Assembly: GCA_034370465.1 (NCBI GenBank)
Contig: JAXMLA010000192.1
Location: 1 to 58,886 of the forward strand
Length of the DNA stretch: 58,886 nt
Direction of reading: 5' to 3'
Source of the DNA: Desulfuromonadales bacterium
Lineage (GTDB): Bacteria; Desulfobacterota; Desulfuromonadia; Desulfuromonadales; UBA2197
Made by a program: the position numbers and the translations under genes. How positions within the stretch are numbered: the first letter of the stretch is position 1; each line of letters opens with the position of its first letter. Shown piece by piece: positions 18,070 to 29,629 of the stretch. A model generated the notes under the pieces. It did not search any database and was not told where the DNA came from. It saw only the letters and a list, made by a program, of their open reading frames with translations.

Positions 18070-20052
18070 TCAGCCCCGGCAGATCGGCAGCAGCACGGTA
18101 AATTGCGACCCTTCCCCGTCCCGGCTCTCCAGACGGATCTCACCGCCATGGCGCTTGACGATACTGTAGGTCAGGGCCAGACCGAGGCCGACCCCCTTGC
18201 CGACCTCTTTGGTGGTAAAGAACGGCTCCCAGATCCGGTCGATGATCTGCTCGGACATGCCACAGCCGTTATCCCGGATCAGCACTGAGACCATCTCCGC
18301 ATCGACCTGATCGGTGGTGATCTCCACCAGCCCTTCGCCGCTGAAGGCCTGATGGGCATTGACGAGGAGATTCATGAAGACCTGACGCAATCCCGAGGAG
18401 TCGCCGAGGACGCGGGGGAGGTCGGGCTTGAAGTGGGTGACAACCTGGATCTGCCGGTAGCTCGGCTGGTAGCGGAGGAGCTCAAGGATCTCCTGCAGAA
18501 CCAGATTGACATCGACCTTGACTGCGGCCCCGTCCGATTTCCGGCCAAAGCTGAGGAGATGATCGATAATCCCCTTGCAGCGGTACGACTCCCGGACGAT
18601 GACCTCGAGATAATGCGGGAAGACATCGAGGCGCGGATCCTTTTTCAGGGCCGGTTCATCACGAAAACGCCGCAGCAGGGCTTCAGCGAAGCCGGCCACC
18701 GAGGTGAGCGGGTTGTTGATTTCATGGGCGATGCCGGTGGCGAGGACGCCGATACTCGACATCTTCTCGGTCTGAATCAGATGCATCTCCTGTAGGCGTT
18801 TTTCGGTGACATCGCGAAAGAAGACCAGGGCGCGATTCTTTTCGCCGAGGGCATCCTTGATCGGGGTGGCGGTAATGTCGAGATAGCGGGTCTTTTCCCC
18901 TTCCCGGGCCGAGACCAGCGAGGTATCGACCCGTTCACCGCGCAGCGCCTGTTCGACGGGACAGCCCTGGGACTGGCAAGGCGTGTCGGGATGAAAGATC
19001 TCCCGGCACGAACTTCCCGGCAGGATCTCCTCGGGGAAGAGTTGCGGGCTGATGAGATTGTGGTGCTGCACCCGGCCAGCATGGTCATAGACGGTGATGC
19101 CGTCGCCGATCGAGTCGAAGATGGTCTGCAGTTCGTTGCTTTTGTTGCGCAGATCGACTTCGGCCTGCTTGCGCGCGGTGACGTCCTGGGTCGTGCCGTA
19201 GAGCTTCACCACTTTGCCGGCGCTGTTGACCGAGGGCTCGACGATGGTATCGACCCACTTGGCGCTACCGTCGGCAAAGAGGAGGCGATGTTCGATCTCA
19301 TAACTCTTGCCATGGTCAATGCCGAGACGGAGGTGGTCCATGACGGTGACGAGATCCGCCGGGTGGACGACGCTGGCGAAGGCTTCCTGTGTCATCTCGG
19401 CGCGCGACAGACGCAGGATCCGCAGCAGTTCATCCGAGGCGTTCACTTCGCCGCTGGCAGGATCGAAACTCCAGGAGCCGACATGGGTCATGGCCTGCGC
19501 CTTGGCCAGGTTATATTCGCTTTCGGAGAGCGCCTGTTCGGCCTGCTTCTTCTCGGTGATATCGACGAGGACCGCCAAACACTCCTCCCCGGCTTCGGTC
19601 ACCATCGCCTCGATGCGGACATGCAGGGGCTGATGATGGCCGGTGGCGAGCTGCAGCCGGCAGGTCTCCTTGACATGACTGGCAAAGACCATACGGATGA
19701 AGGCGCTAAAGACGAAGCGGTCTTCGTCAGCGACAAAATCGGCAAAACAGCGCGCGACCAGGTCAGAACGTTCGATGCCGAGCAAACGGACGCCGGTCAG
19801 GTTGACCGAACGGATGTTGCCGTCGTGATCGAAGGTGAAGTAGCCGACCGGAGCGAAATCGTAGAGGAAAGCGTATTTGTTCCGCGAGGCATCCTCTTCG
19901 TCGTGCGACTTGCGCAACGCCTCGATCCTGGTCTCCAACTCCGCCTGGTGAGCCTGACAATCCTGCAGTCGCTTCATGATCCCTGCCTCTGTTTGCGAAA
20001 GGTTGTTGCCGCGCGTCGTCCGGTCATGGCCGAGCCACGGGGAGATCGCCAT
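18070..20052 (-). CDS. Multi-PAS cytoplasmic sensor histidine kinase (start uncertain, 19977-20082)
   Basis: [31 protein letters not shown]-box, NLLVNA, DNGCG, PFFTTK, GLGL. Confidence 0.9.
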   Translation of the reverse strand: MAISPWLGHDRTTRGNNLSQTEAGIMKRLQDCQAHQAELETRIEALRKSHDEEDASRNKYAFLYDFAPVGYFTFDHDGNIRSVNLTGVRLLGIERSDLVARCFADFVADEDRFVFSAFIRMVFASHVKETCRLQLATGHHQPLHVRIEAMVTEAGEECLAVLVDITEKKQAEQALSESEYNLAKAQAMTHVGSWSFDPASGEVNASDELLRILRLSRAEMTQEAFASVVHPADLVTVMDHLRLGIDHGKSYEIEHRLLFADGSAKWVDTIVEPSVNSAGKVVKLYGTTQDVTARKQAEVDLRNKSNELQTIFDSIGDGITVYDHAGRVQHHNLISPQLFPEEILPGSSCREIFHPDTPCQSQGCPVEQALRGERVDTSLVSAREGEKTRYLDITATPIKDALGEKNRALVFFRDVTEKRLQEMHLIQTEKMSSIGVLATGIAHEINNPLTSVAGFAEALLRRFRDEPALKKDPRLDVFPHYLEVIVRESYRCKGIIDHLLSFGRKSDGAAVKVDVNLVLQEILELLRYQPSYRQIQVVTHFKPDLPRVLGDSSGLRQVFMNLLVNAHQAFSGEGLVEITTDQVDAEMVSVLIRDNGCGMSEQIIDRIWEPFFTTKEVGKGVGLGLALTYSIVKRHGGEIRLESRDGEGSQFTVLLPICRG

Positions 20053-21154
20053 GTGCCCGCCGATACTCGACGCCGAGAGCATCAGCCGTCCAGATCGCGG
20101 CTTCGACCATGGTCGCGGTCACCGGGAACCAGCTGGCATGAATCGTCTCGCCATCGGCAACCGCTGCCTCTGCAACCATCCGGATCTCTTCCCGGCTGGG
20201 GCTGGGAAGATTCAGCTCCTCCAGAGAGACCGGTAAACCGACGCCGCAGCAGAAATTCTGCACCTCCCGGATATCCCGGAGCGGACGCCCTTCCAGGACC
20301 AGCTGGGCGAGGAGGCCGAACGCAACTTTCTCGCCGTGCAGCTTTTCCCGGGTCGCCGGCAGAACGGTCAGCCCGTTATGAATGGAATGCGCTCCGGCAT
20401 GGCCACCGTTTTCGGAGCTGAGTCCGCTGAGCAGGGTGTTGGCTTCGACGATCGCTTCTACCGCCGGGGTCACCATTTTCCGCTCCACGGCAAGTTTCGC
20501 CTGGTGACCCGATTCGAGCAGGGTTTCATAACAGAGCCGGGAAAGGGCGAGGACCGCCAGAGTCGGAGTCTCCCCGCCGGAAAAAACATTCCTTTTGCCA
20601 CTGCGGGCGCAGGTGCCTGACTCCCAATAGCCGGCGACAGCGTCCCCCATCCCGGCCACGAGAAATTTGACCGGCGAACTGGCGACAACAGCGGTATCGA
20701 CGAGGACGCAGTCGGGGTTGCGGCGCAGAAAGAGATAGCTCTCGAAGACCCCTTCCTCGCTGTAGAGAACCGAGAGGGCGGAACAGGGCGCGTCGGTGGC
20801 GGCGGTGGTCGGAACGACAATAACCGGCAGATTCATCGCGTCGGAAACCGCTTTGCCGGCATCGATCGCGGCGCCGCCGCCGACGGCGATGATCATCTTT
20901 GCCCCCTGGGCCGCAGCCAGGGCGGCAAGACGACTGATCTCCCGGCGGGACGAGATCCCGCGGAAGAGTTCCTGCCCGGAGGTCACTCCTTCTTGCCGCA
21001 GACTGCTTGCAATCTCGTCGCCACAAAGCGCCAAAGCGGTCTTGCCGCCGACAACCAAGGCATGGCTGCCGAGGCGGGCGGCGTGTTGCCCGATTTCAGC
21101 GATGGCGCCGGCTCCCTGGATGTAGCGGCTGGGCGAAAGGAGGATGCGACTCAT
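20024..21154 (-). CDS. gldA: Glycerol dehydrogenase-like (group III metal-dependent ADH)
   Basis: SPSRYIQG, GGGAAID, PTTAATDAPCSALSV, GMGDA, AHSIHNG, HGEKVAFG. Confidence 0.85.
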   Translation of the reverse strand: MSRILLSPSRYIQGAGAIAEIGQHAARLGSHALVVGGKTALALCGDEIASSLRQEGVTSGQELFRGISSRREISRLAALAAAQGAKMIIAVGGGAAIDAGKAVSDAMNLPVIVVPTTAATDAPCSALSVLYSEEGVFESYLFLRRNPDCVLVDTAVVASSPVKFLVAGMGDAVAGYWESGTCARSGKRNVFSGGETPTLAVLALSRLCYETLLESGHQAKLAVERKMVTPAVEAIVEANTLLSGLSSENGGHAGAHSIHNGLTVLPATREKLHGEKVAFGLLAQLVLEGRPLRDIREVQNFCCGVGLPVSLEELNLPSPSREEIRMVAEAAVADGETIHASWFPVTATMVEAAIWTADALGVEYRRAHGDLPVARP

Positions 21155-21188
21155 GGTGTTCTCCTGATAACGCTCCAGATAGGCCTGA

Positions 21189-21965
21189 CTATCCCCGAGC
21201 GAAAGAAATTTCCGGCCTTGCTTCCCGCCGCGGCAGCTTCCCCATCGGGTAGCTGTTAAAACCGAGTCGTGCCGAAATGGACTGCCCGGCAACCTTCAAA
21301 CGCGGAATCAATTCCTGGTCGAGGGTTTCCTGATTGAGGCGAAAGCTCGGCACCACCACACATAAACTGCCGATGACTTCGCCATTGCCGGTAAAGAGCG
21401 GCACGGAGAGACTGCCAAGCCCTTCCATCAGCTGATCCTGATCGACAGAAACACCTTCGCTGCGAACGGTCTTCAGGCGGGAAGATCTTTTTTCCGCTGG
21501 CGAACGGAAAGCGAGAATGACCTCGCCGGCCGAGAACTGTTGCAGAGGGAAGCGTCGGCCGACCAGCGGGATCACCCGCACCTGTTGCGGAGAATCGACC
21601 ATCTCCAGCAACAGCACGTCATTGCCGCCGGGAATCACCAGATAAACGGTCTCGCCGGTCTCTTTCGCCAGACGTTCCATGATCGGCTTGGCCTTTTGCA
21701 ACAACTCCATCTGATGCAGAAACCGGCCGCCGGTTTCGTAGGCCGACAGTCCGGCCCGATAGCGGCCGGAGCCCTCGAAATGCTGAACATAACCGCGCAG
21801 TTCAAAGGTCGCGAGGAGCCGAAAGATATAGCTGCGATCCATCCCCAGCTTGGCACTGAGATGGCTGATGCCGAACTCGCCCGGCTCCTGACTGATCGAT
21901 TCCAAAAGGCAGAGAGCATTTTCTACGGCCTGAATGGCATAGGTGCTGCGATCTTTATGCAACAT
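21189..21965 (-). CDS. IclR family transcriptional regulator
   Basis: N-terminal HTH (IQAVENALCLL...FRLLATFELRGYV), ETGETVYL, C-terminal effector domain. Confidence 0.9.
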   Translation of the reverse strand: MLHKDRSTYAIQAVENALCLLESISQEPGEFGISHLSAKLGMDRSYIFRLLATFELRGYVQHFEGSGRYRAGLSAYETGGRFLHQMELLQKAKPIMERLAKETGETVYLVIPGGNDVLLLEMVDSPQQVRVIPLVGRRFPLQQFSAGEVILAFRSPAEKRSSRLKTVRSEGVSVDQDQLMEGLGSLSVPLFTGNGEVIGSLCVVVPSFRLNQETLDQELIPRLKVAGQSISARLGFNSYPMGKLPRREARPEISFARG

Positions 21966-21967
21966 GG

Positions 21968-22228
21968 CTAGCTTCCCGAGCTGTTCTTCTTTGGCCCGGC
22001 GTGCGGTTTGCCAACCTCATCGAGACTGACCGTGCCGTGGCCGCCTTCAATATTGGGGGCGGTGGCTCCGAGATGAGCCGCGCAGATGTTCTGGATGCTG
22101 TTCGCCCGGGCGCCGCAATGGTGGCATGCGACGGTCGGTTGATCGGCGAGACTGTCGATCAGGTCGTTGCGCCCACGGGCCTTGAGCGCACACATATGCA
22201 TTTGGTGATTTTCACAGTCGCAATTCAT
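21968..22228 (-). CDS. Small Cys/His-rich hypothetical protein
   Basis: MNCDCENHQMHMC...CHHCGA...IC; RBS AAGGAGAAG; fits the operon spacing. Confidence 0.75.
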   Translation of the reverse strand: MNCDCENHQMHMCALKARGRNDLIDSLADQPTVACHHCGARANSIQNICAAHLGATAPNIEGGHGTVSLDEVGKPHAGPKKNSSGS

Positions 22229-22265
22229 CTCTTCTCTTCTCCTTATTCATGTTTGATTCTCCTCA

Positions 22266-23672
22266 TTACCAATGGCTGCGCGCGTCCGGGTCGAATTGGA
22301 ACTCGGTGCTGCCACTCGTCCCCCGGGTGTAATAGTCTTTGGAATCGTAAACTTCTGCGGCCTTGGCTTCGATAATCCGCTTTTTGTCGATGGGATGGGC
22401 ATGGTCGGCATAGATGTCGCGGAGCAGGTCTTCGACGACCAGACTCAAATCCTCGACGGTCTTTACGACTTCCACTTTGTCGCAATAGGATCCATAGATC
22501 TCCATCAGACAGTCCCCGCGCATCCAGGTTTCCCGTTCTTCCGGGGTCAACCAGAGCATGTAGCGGGACTTCTCGCGGATCTCGTCCAGCACCCAGTCGT
22601 TGGCCTCGCCATAGTTGTTGCGGGCGTCGCCGAGGATAATAAAGGCCGGCCGGCCGCGTAAATTCTCCAGATACTTCTTCTTGAAGGTCAGCAAGACCTG
22701 ACCATAGCTGCTGTTCTCATCGAGATCGATGATATCGCCGGTGTCGATGGTCTCCATCAGGTCGTTGAGCGGCATGTTGGCGAGCATCTCGGTGATCTCC
22801 GCCACCTCGCGGTTGAAGATAAAGCTGCGGACATCGAGCATCTGCTGATGCAGGGTATGGAGGAGCAACAGCATGAAACGGGCCGCATGACTCACCGAGA
22901 AGCTGACGTCACAAAGGACGACCAGGCGCGGTTTCTGCCGCCGTTTACGGCGCAGGGCCACCTGGAACGGCACCATGTCGTGACGGTAATTTTTCTGGAT
23001 CGTCCTGATGACATGGAGCTTGCCGCGATGCTGATTATTCTGCATCCGCTTCATGTCTTTGCGCAGCCGCAGCATCATCCGCGCCACCACATCCTGCATG
23101 GCGATCTGCTCTTCCGGGGTAAAGGTGATGCCGCTCTGGGTCGCATTGCTCTTGTTCAGTTCGATCGTCAGCGGATTCTGCGTATAGCGCCGGGTCGGTC
23201 GCGGTCCCTTCGCCTTGCCGCGATACCCTTTCATCTGCACGACAATTTCGTTGCCGTCCGAATCATCGGGGTCGATCTCGGTCAGGCTCTTCAGCTCCTG
23301 CAAATCCTCCGGATTGATCTCGCTGTCGAGTTTGAGCAATGGCCCTTGTTGATCGTGGTCGTCCCCCTGCTGCTGGTTCAGGTAATTGAACTCCCCCTCC
23401 ATCTCGGTGACGGCGGCGTCCATCAGTTCCGGGAGATTGCTCCCTGGGTCGATAAACTGAAAGCGGTTGAAATAGCGATTAAAGACCTCATTAAAGACCG
23501 GAATGTCATTGACATTCTTCACCAGGGTCAGACGCAGCAACTGCCGGGTGGCCTTGCGACTGCTCATACCGCAGAGTCCCAGCGCCTGCACCGCATCAAG
23601 ACTCTCACCGGGAGAGACGCGGATACCGCTGACACGGAGATCGGCAATGAAGCCGGCAATGACCCGTTCCAT
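22266..23672 (-). CDS. VWA (CoxE/MadC-like) domain protein
   Basis: FIADLRVSGIRVSPGE, VVLCDVSFSV MIDAS-like motif, ILGDARNN, WLTPE. Confidence 0.88.
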   Translation of the reverse strand: MERVIAGFIADLRVSGIRVSPGESLDAVQALGLCGMSSRKATRQLLRLTLVKNVNDIPVFNEVFNRYFNRFQFIDPGSNLPELMDAAVTEMEGEFNYLNQQQGDDHDQQGPLLKLDSEINPEDLQELKSLTEIDPDDSDGNEIVVQMKGYRGKAKGPRPTRRYTQNPLTIELNKSNATQSGITFTPEEQIAMQDVVARMMLRLRKDMKRMQNNQHRGKLHVIRTIQKNYRHDMVPFQVALRRKRRQKPRLVVLCDVSFSVSHAARFMLLLLHTLHQQMLDVRSFIFNREVAEITEMLANMPLNDLMETIDTGDIIDLDENSSYGQVLLTFKKKYLENLRGRPAFIILGDARNNYGEANDWVLDEIREKSRYMLWLTPEERETWMRGDCLMEIYGSYCDKVEVVKTVEDLSLVVEDLLRDIYADHAHPIDKKRIIEAKAAEVYDSKDYYTRGTSGSTEFQFDPDARSHW

Positions 23673-23674
23673 GC

Positions 23675-24577
23675 TCAGCTCAATTCCTGCACAGCCAGCT
23701 CCGTGACCTTCTGCAGGTCGGTCTGGTGTTTGGCAATCACCCCGACGGTATTGGCAACGACCTCCGGGGTCAGTTGCGTCACCGTCAGGATCGACAGGAC
23801 CTGGGCCCAGTCGAGAGTTTCGGAGACACTCGGGGGCTTGCGCAGATTGAGTTCGCGGGCCTTGCGGAGGAACTCCACCATCTGCCGGGCAAGGGTTTCG
23901 CAGATCTCGGGGAATTTTTTCCGGACGATGGCGACTTCCCGCTCCAGCTCCGGATAGCCGATATAAAGGTAGAGGCAGCGACGGCGCAGGGCGTCGGAGA
24001 TCATCCGCGTGCCGTTGCTGGTGAGGATGGTCAGCGGCTTGCGCTTGGCCTCGATCACCCCCAACTCGGGGATCGAGACCTGAAAGTCGCTCAGGCACTC
24101 CAAAAGAAGGGCTTCGAACTCGTCGTCGGAGCGGTCGATCTCATCGATGAGGAGGAGGGAGCGTTTTTCCGAAAGGAAACTGCGGAGAATCGGCCGCTGC
24201 ACCAGAAAATTTTTCGAAAAGAAGAGACTCTCTTCCGCGGAAAGACGCTCGACCGCTTCGCGCAGATCGGCCGAGACCGAGAGGTAGGTATCGAGCTGGG
24301 TGCGCAGCAACTGGGTATAGAGGAGCTGTTTACCGTACTCCCAGTCGTAGAGCGCCTTCCCTTCGTCAATCCCTTCGTAGCACTGCAAACGCACCAGGGG
24401 GAAATCGAGAGCCGCGGAGAGGGCTTTGGCCAGGCCGGTCTTGCCGACGCCGGGCGGCCCTTCGATCAGGATCGGCTTCTCCATGTGGAGGGCGAGAAAG
24501 ACGGCGGTGGCGATGGCGTCGTCGGCAATGTAGCCGCTGGTATTGAGCAGATCCTTTACCCCTTGTTCGCTAATCAT
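23675..24577 (-). CDS. MoxR-family AAA+ ATPase (CoxD/MadB-like)
   Basis: EGPPGVGKT, RLQCYEG, LLIDEIDR, ALRRRC, KPPSVSETLDW. Confidence 0.92.
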   Translation of the reverse strand: MISEQGVKDLLNTSGYIADDAIATAVFLALHMEKPILIEGPPGVGKTGLAKALSAALDFPLVRLQCYEGIDEGKALYDWEYGKQLLYTQLLRTQLDTYLSVSADLREAVERLSAEESLFFSKNFLVQRPILRSFLSEKRSLLLIDEIDRSDDEFEALLLECLSDFQVSIPELGVIEAKRKPLTILTSNGTRMISDALRRRCLYLYIGYPELEREVAIVRKKFPEICETLARQMVEFLRKARELNLRKPPSVSETLDWAQVLSILTVTQLTPEVVANTVGVIAKHQTDLQKVTELAVQELS

Positions 24578-24630
24578 GATGGCCTCATATCTTGAATTTT
24601 TGTTTTTTGCTGCGATGTCTCTGCCAGATT

Positions 24631-24665
24631 AAAAAGCCGCTGGCCCCCGGTGAGGCCAGCGGCTT
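24631..24665 (-). terminator. Intrinsic terminator after the ADH gene
   Basis: AAGCCGCTGGCC-loop-GGCCAGCGGCTT followed by a T-run on the minus strand. Confidence 0.8.
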
Positions 24666-24680
24666 ATTGCTCTGGTGGCT

Positions 24681-24731
24681 GTAGGAGCGAGCTCCAGCTC
24701 GCGATCATCGCAGGCTGGAGCTCGCTCTTAC
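24681..24731. repeat. GTAG-type REP inverted doublet
   Basis: GTAGGAGCGAGCTCCAGCTCGCGAT...GCTGGAGCTCGCTCTTAC. Confidence 0.7.
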
Positions 24732-24745
24732 GTTTTATTATTAAA

Positions 24746-25951
24746 TTACATGCACTGCTTGAAGATCCCGATCATGTCCTGCAGACCGGTATCGGTCGGG
24801 TTGCCTTCGGTGCAGATATCGTTGACCGAGAAGCGGGACAGTCCTTCGATATCTTTTTCCAACAGGCCAAGATCCTTGAAGGTCTTGGTGATGCCGAGGT
24901 CGGCTTTCAGTTCCAGGCAGGCATTGATGAAGGCTTCGCCGGCCTTCATGTCGGACATGCCGCAGGTGTCGATACCGGCAGCCTGAGCCATCATCTTGAA
25001 GCGTTCCGGGCAGGCCGGGAGATTGAACTTCATGACCGGGCCGAGACCGATGGCGTTGCAGAGACCATGAGGAGCATCGTAGAGACCGCCCAGGGCATGC
25101 GCCATACTGTGAATCAAGCCGAGACCGGCGCTGTTGAAGCTGTAGGCCGCAGCCATTTCCGCCCAGACCATCGCTTCGACCGCTTTGTCATTGTTACGAT
25201 TCATCGAGGACTGACGGAGGTTGCCGAAGATCAGCGAGATGGCGCTCAGGCCCGGACCGTAGGCAGAGACCACGCCGAGGCGGGAGGTGATCGCTTCGAC
25301 GCCGTGGGCCAGGGCATCCATACCGGTGTAAGCGGCGAGGTCGCCAGGCATACACTGATGGATCAGCGGGTCATTGATCGATTTGCTCGGGGTACAGTTG
25401 GGATCGAAAAGGGCCATTTTGTACTTTTTGTCGGTATGATTGATGATCGAGAAACAGGAGACTTCCGAGCCGGTGCCGGAGGTGGTGTTGATGGCGAGCT
25501 GGGGGATGGTGTTGGCTTTGGTCGCTTTGAATGCCCCTTCGAAGGTGCGGACATCCTGGCCGTCATGGCTGTGGACGAGTTTGATCGCTTTACAGGCGTC
25601 ATGGGAGCTGCCTCCGCCGAGGCTGATGATACCGTCAAACTTGCCCGCGGCCAGAATCTTGGCGCCGGCCATAACTTCATGGTCTTTGGGGTTGGGGGTA
25701 ACGCCGCTGAAGACTTCGGAAGCAACCCCGGCTGCCTTGAGGACACCCTGGATGGTCTCGACAATGCCGGTACCACGCAGGCCGGTGGTGACGATCAAGG
25801 CGTTGGTCATGCCGAGAGCTCTGGCATCATTACCGACCATCGTATGTGCACCCCAGCCGACATTGACGGAAGGATAAGCGTGCATCATTTTGATCGGGTA
25901 TTCCAGTCTTTCATTCTTGAGCATCCGTTTGACATCTTTGTTGTGAGACAT
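24746..25951 (-). CDS. Group III alcohol dehydrogenase, MDO/MNO (methanol:NDMA oxidoreductase)-like
   Basis: YPIKMMHAYP, GWGAH, TTGLRGTGI, NPKD, GGGSSHDACK, HDGQDVRTFEG, metal ligands DALAH/HSMAH/PHG; strong RBS AAGGAGG. Confidence 0.88.
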   Translation of the reverse strand: MSHNKDVKRMLKNERLEYPIKMMHAYPSVNVGWGAHTMVGNDARALGMTNALIVTTGLRGTGIVETIQGVLKAAGVASEVFSGVTPNPKDHEVMAGAKILAAGKFDGIISLGGGSSHDACKAIKLVHSHDGQDVRTFEGAFKATKANTIPQLAINTTSGTGSEVSCFSIINHTDKKYKMALFDPNCTPSKSINDPLIHQCMPGDLAAYTGMDALAHGVEAITSRLGVVSAYGPGLSAISLIFGNLRQSSMNRNNDKAVEAMVWAEMAAAYSFNSAGLGLIHSMAHALGGLYDAPHGLCNAIGLGPVMKFNLPACPERFKMMAQAAGIDTCGMSDMKAGEAFINACLELKADLGITKTFKDLGLLEKDIEGLSRFSVNDICTEGNPTDTGLQDMIGIFKQCM

Positions 25952-26138
25952 GGGTACTACCTCCTTGGGATGGGTGTGAACTGACTTCGGTGATACGAAC
26001 AATCAGGGCTGGTCACCGCGACCAAACCCCGCGCCACTAACCAAAAAACTTTGTTCTAAAAGCTGCTAAATACTTTTGCCGCCGAGCCGGTGAGAAAGAC
26101 TCTTTTAAATCGCGATGTTCTGCTTGACTCTGGTAATT

Positions 26139-26154
26139 AGCAAAGAGGGTGCCA
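26139..26154 (-). promoter_or_regulatory. sigma54 promoter of the ADH gene
   Basis: TGGCAC-CCTCT-TTGCT, perfect consensus. Confidence 0.88.
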
Positions 26155-26284
26155 AACAAAACATCGGTTTGAATCAGGCCATTTATGGCTTCATCGAGGT
26201 TTTACAGGGAAGGGATGGCAGGATTTACGGGGAGTTTTGAAACAGCTTTTCCCGGCAACCTCTGAATCAGGGGGGAGCGAGGGT

Positions 26285-26317
26285 ATGGACATACTCCCCA
26301 GTGGGGAATTTCCCCCC
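26285..26317. promoter_or_regulatory. Paired 16-bp putative enhancer sites
   Basis: ATGGACATACTCCCCA-g-TGGGGAATTTCCCCCC; another copy GTGGCTTTTTTCCCCA at 26537..26552. Confidence 0.62.
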
Positions 26318-26576
26318 GCCCGAGAAGAGAGAAGGGCGGATCAAGGAGGATGCTTTTTTTTGTGAGGAGGAAGAACGGGGCTGCAGGGGCGCGATTCATC
26401 GCGCCCGGCTCTTCGTAGCCATGGCGTTGGAGGACGCCGATGCGTCGCGCCGGCACGTCGAGGAATATTGGAGGGAGGGTTGAACAAAAAGAGCCGGAGG
26501 GAAAAACGGAGGAGAGGGGAGGGATTTCTCTGCACTGTGGCTTTTTTCCCCATATTTTCGGTCGATGACAGGAGGA

Positions 26577-26768
26577 TCAGCCCTGCGCGCCCGGTCCGAG
26601 GACGTCCTTGAGAGTTTGCCGCAACAGGGTGGAAAGATCGACTCCGCTCCTGCTGGTGGCCTTTTTCAGGAGCGTCCACTCTGACTCGTCGACCCGGAAA
26701 GAGAGGACATGTTTTTTGGTCTTTTTGGGGGTCCTGTTGCTCCTGGAGTCAAGCTGCTTCGTCCCCAT
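26577..26768 (-). CDS. Small ribbon-helix-helix DNA-binding protein (HgtR-like)
   Basis: KHVLSFRVDESEWTLLKKATSRSGVDLSTLLRQTL: alternating beta strand followed by two helices. Confidence 0.7.
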   Translation of the reverse strand: MGTKQLDSRSNRTPKKTKKHVLSFRVDESEWTLLKKATSRSGVDLSTLLRQTLKDVLGPGAQG

Positions 26769-27219
26769 CACTGGCCTCCTCCGAGGTCGGCAGGACCTCC
26801 ACGATCGCACCGGCCGCCACTGTACCGCCGCGCAGCACCCGGGCAAAGATCCCTTCCTTGGGCATGACGCAGTCCCCGGCCTGTTGGTAGATCGCGCAAC
26901 GCGTGTGGCATTCCTTACCGATCTGCGTCACTTCGATCAACGCCTCGCCGAGCCGGAGGCGGGTGCCGATCGGCAGGGCGATGAGATCGAGCCCATTGGT
27001 CGTGATATTTTCGGCAAAAGCGCCGGGGTCGAGGGTCAGCCCCAAACGACGCATCTTGTCGATACTCTCCTCGGCGAGCAGACTGAGCTGGCGGTGCCAG
27101 TCGCCGGCGTGAGCATCGCCGACAATGCCGTGATCTTCCTTGAGCTGTACGGAAGGGACGGAGACCTTCTGTTCGCCCTTGTGCAGACTGATATTGACCG
27201 CAACCACTGAAGCTTTCAT
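26749..27219 (-). CDS. MOSC domain protein
   Basis: GIVGDAHAGDWHRQLSLL, GAFAEN, QIGKECH, CVMPKEGIF. Confidence 0.92.
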   Translation of the reverse strand: MKASVVAVNISLHKGEQKVSVPSVQLKEDHGIVGDAHAGDWHRQLSLLAEESIDKMRRLGLTLDPGAFAENITTNGLDLIALPIGTRLRLGEALIEVTQIGKECHTRCAIYQQAGDCVMPKEGIFARVLRGGTVAAGAIVEVLPTSEEASDGDEAA

Positions 27220-27273
27220 TCTTTGAACCTCTCTGTTGTCCTGCTGTTTCCGGATTGTTCTCTGGCAAGAAGC

Positions 27274-28251
27274 TTAACCGCCGATCGCGGCCATGATAAA
27301 GGGGGCATGCTCGGCCTCCTCCGCGTTCATGGCGTGGCGGGCCGGCTTGACCTTGACCAGCCGCCGCAGCTCGGCGTGGAGGGCTGCGGCATCGCCGCTG
27401 GCGAGCAGCGCCCGCAGGTCAAACTCTTCGGCGGCGAAGAGGCAATTGCGCATCTTGCCCGAGGCCGTCATCCTGATCCGGTTGCAGTCCTGGCAAAAAT
27501 GGCCGGAAAGGGCGGTAATCACCCCGATATTTCCTTGGGCGCCGGCGATTTGGAACTCCCGGGCCGGACCGGACAGTTCGCCGCGGATGATCGGGGTGAA
27601 GCGGTAATCCTGGCTCAGCCGGGCGAGGATCTCCTCACCGGGGACGTGCAACGACTGCCAGCCCTCTTCGTTTTTCGTCGGCATATATTCGATAAAGCGG
27701 ACCGAACAGTCCTTCTTCAGGGTCAAGGCGGCAAAGTCGGCGATCTCGTTATCATTGATGCCGCGCATCGCCACCATGTTGATCTTGATCGGCAAGCCGA
27801 CCGCTTCGGCGGCTCGGATCCCGGCGAGAACCTTTTTCAGATCACCACCGCGGGTGATGCGGGCAAAGACCTCGGGACGCAGGGAGTCGAGGCTGATATT
27901 GAGACGCTGCACGCCGGCGCGTTGCAGATCGGACGCCATTCCCGCCAGGAGTTGGCCATTGGTGGTCAGAACCAGCTGCTTAAGGCCGGGAATCGTCGCC
28001 AACCCTTCGAGAAAACTGATGATCCCCTTGCGCACCAGCGGTTCGCCGCCGGTGACCCGGATCTTTTCAATGCCGACCGCAACCGCCGCCGCGGCGAGCT
28101 GGTGCAACGCCTCGTAGCTCAGCACCTCGCAGTGATCGAGCTTGGCAATCCCCTCCGCCGGCATGCAGTAGACGCAGCGCATGTCGCAACGATCGGTGAC
28201 CGAAAGGCGCAGGTAATTGATCCGTCTTCCGTGGTGATCTGTCAGTTGCAT
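27274..28251 (-). CDS. moaA: GTP 3',8-cyclase
   Basis: YLRLSVTDRCDMRCVYC, TGGEP, FCQDCNRIR..CL, C-terminal IGG. Confidence 0.95.
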   Translation of the reverse strand: MQLTDHHGRRINYLRLSVTDRCDMRCVYCMPAEGIAKLDHCEVLSYEALHQLAAAAVAVGIEKIRVTGGEPLVRKGIISFLEGLATIPGLKQLVLTTNGQLLAGMASDLQRAGVQRLNISLDSLRPEVFARITRGGDLKKVLAGIRAAEAVGLPIKINMVAMRGINDNEIADFAALTLKKDCSVRFIEYMPTKNEEGWQSLHVPGEEILARLSQDYRFTPIIRGELSGPAREFQIAGAQGNIGVITALSGHFCQDCNRIRMTASGKMRNCLFAAEEFDLRALLASGDAAALHAELRRLVKVKPARHAMNAEEAEHAPFIMAAIGG

Positions 28252-28261
28252 CCGTCGCTCC

Positions 28262-29628
<1,367 letters not shown>

Positions 29629-29629
<1 letters not shown>

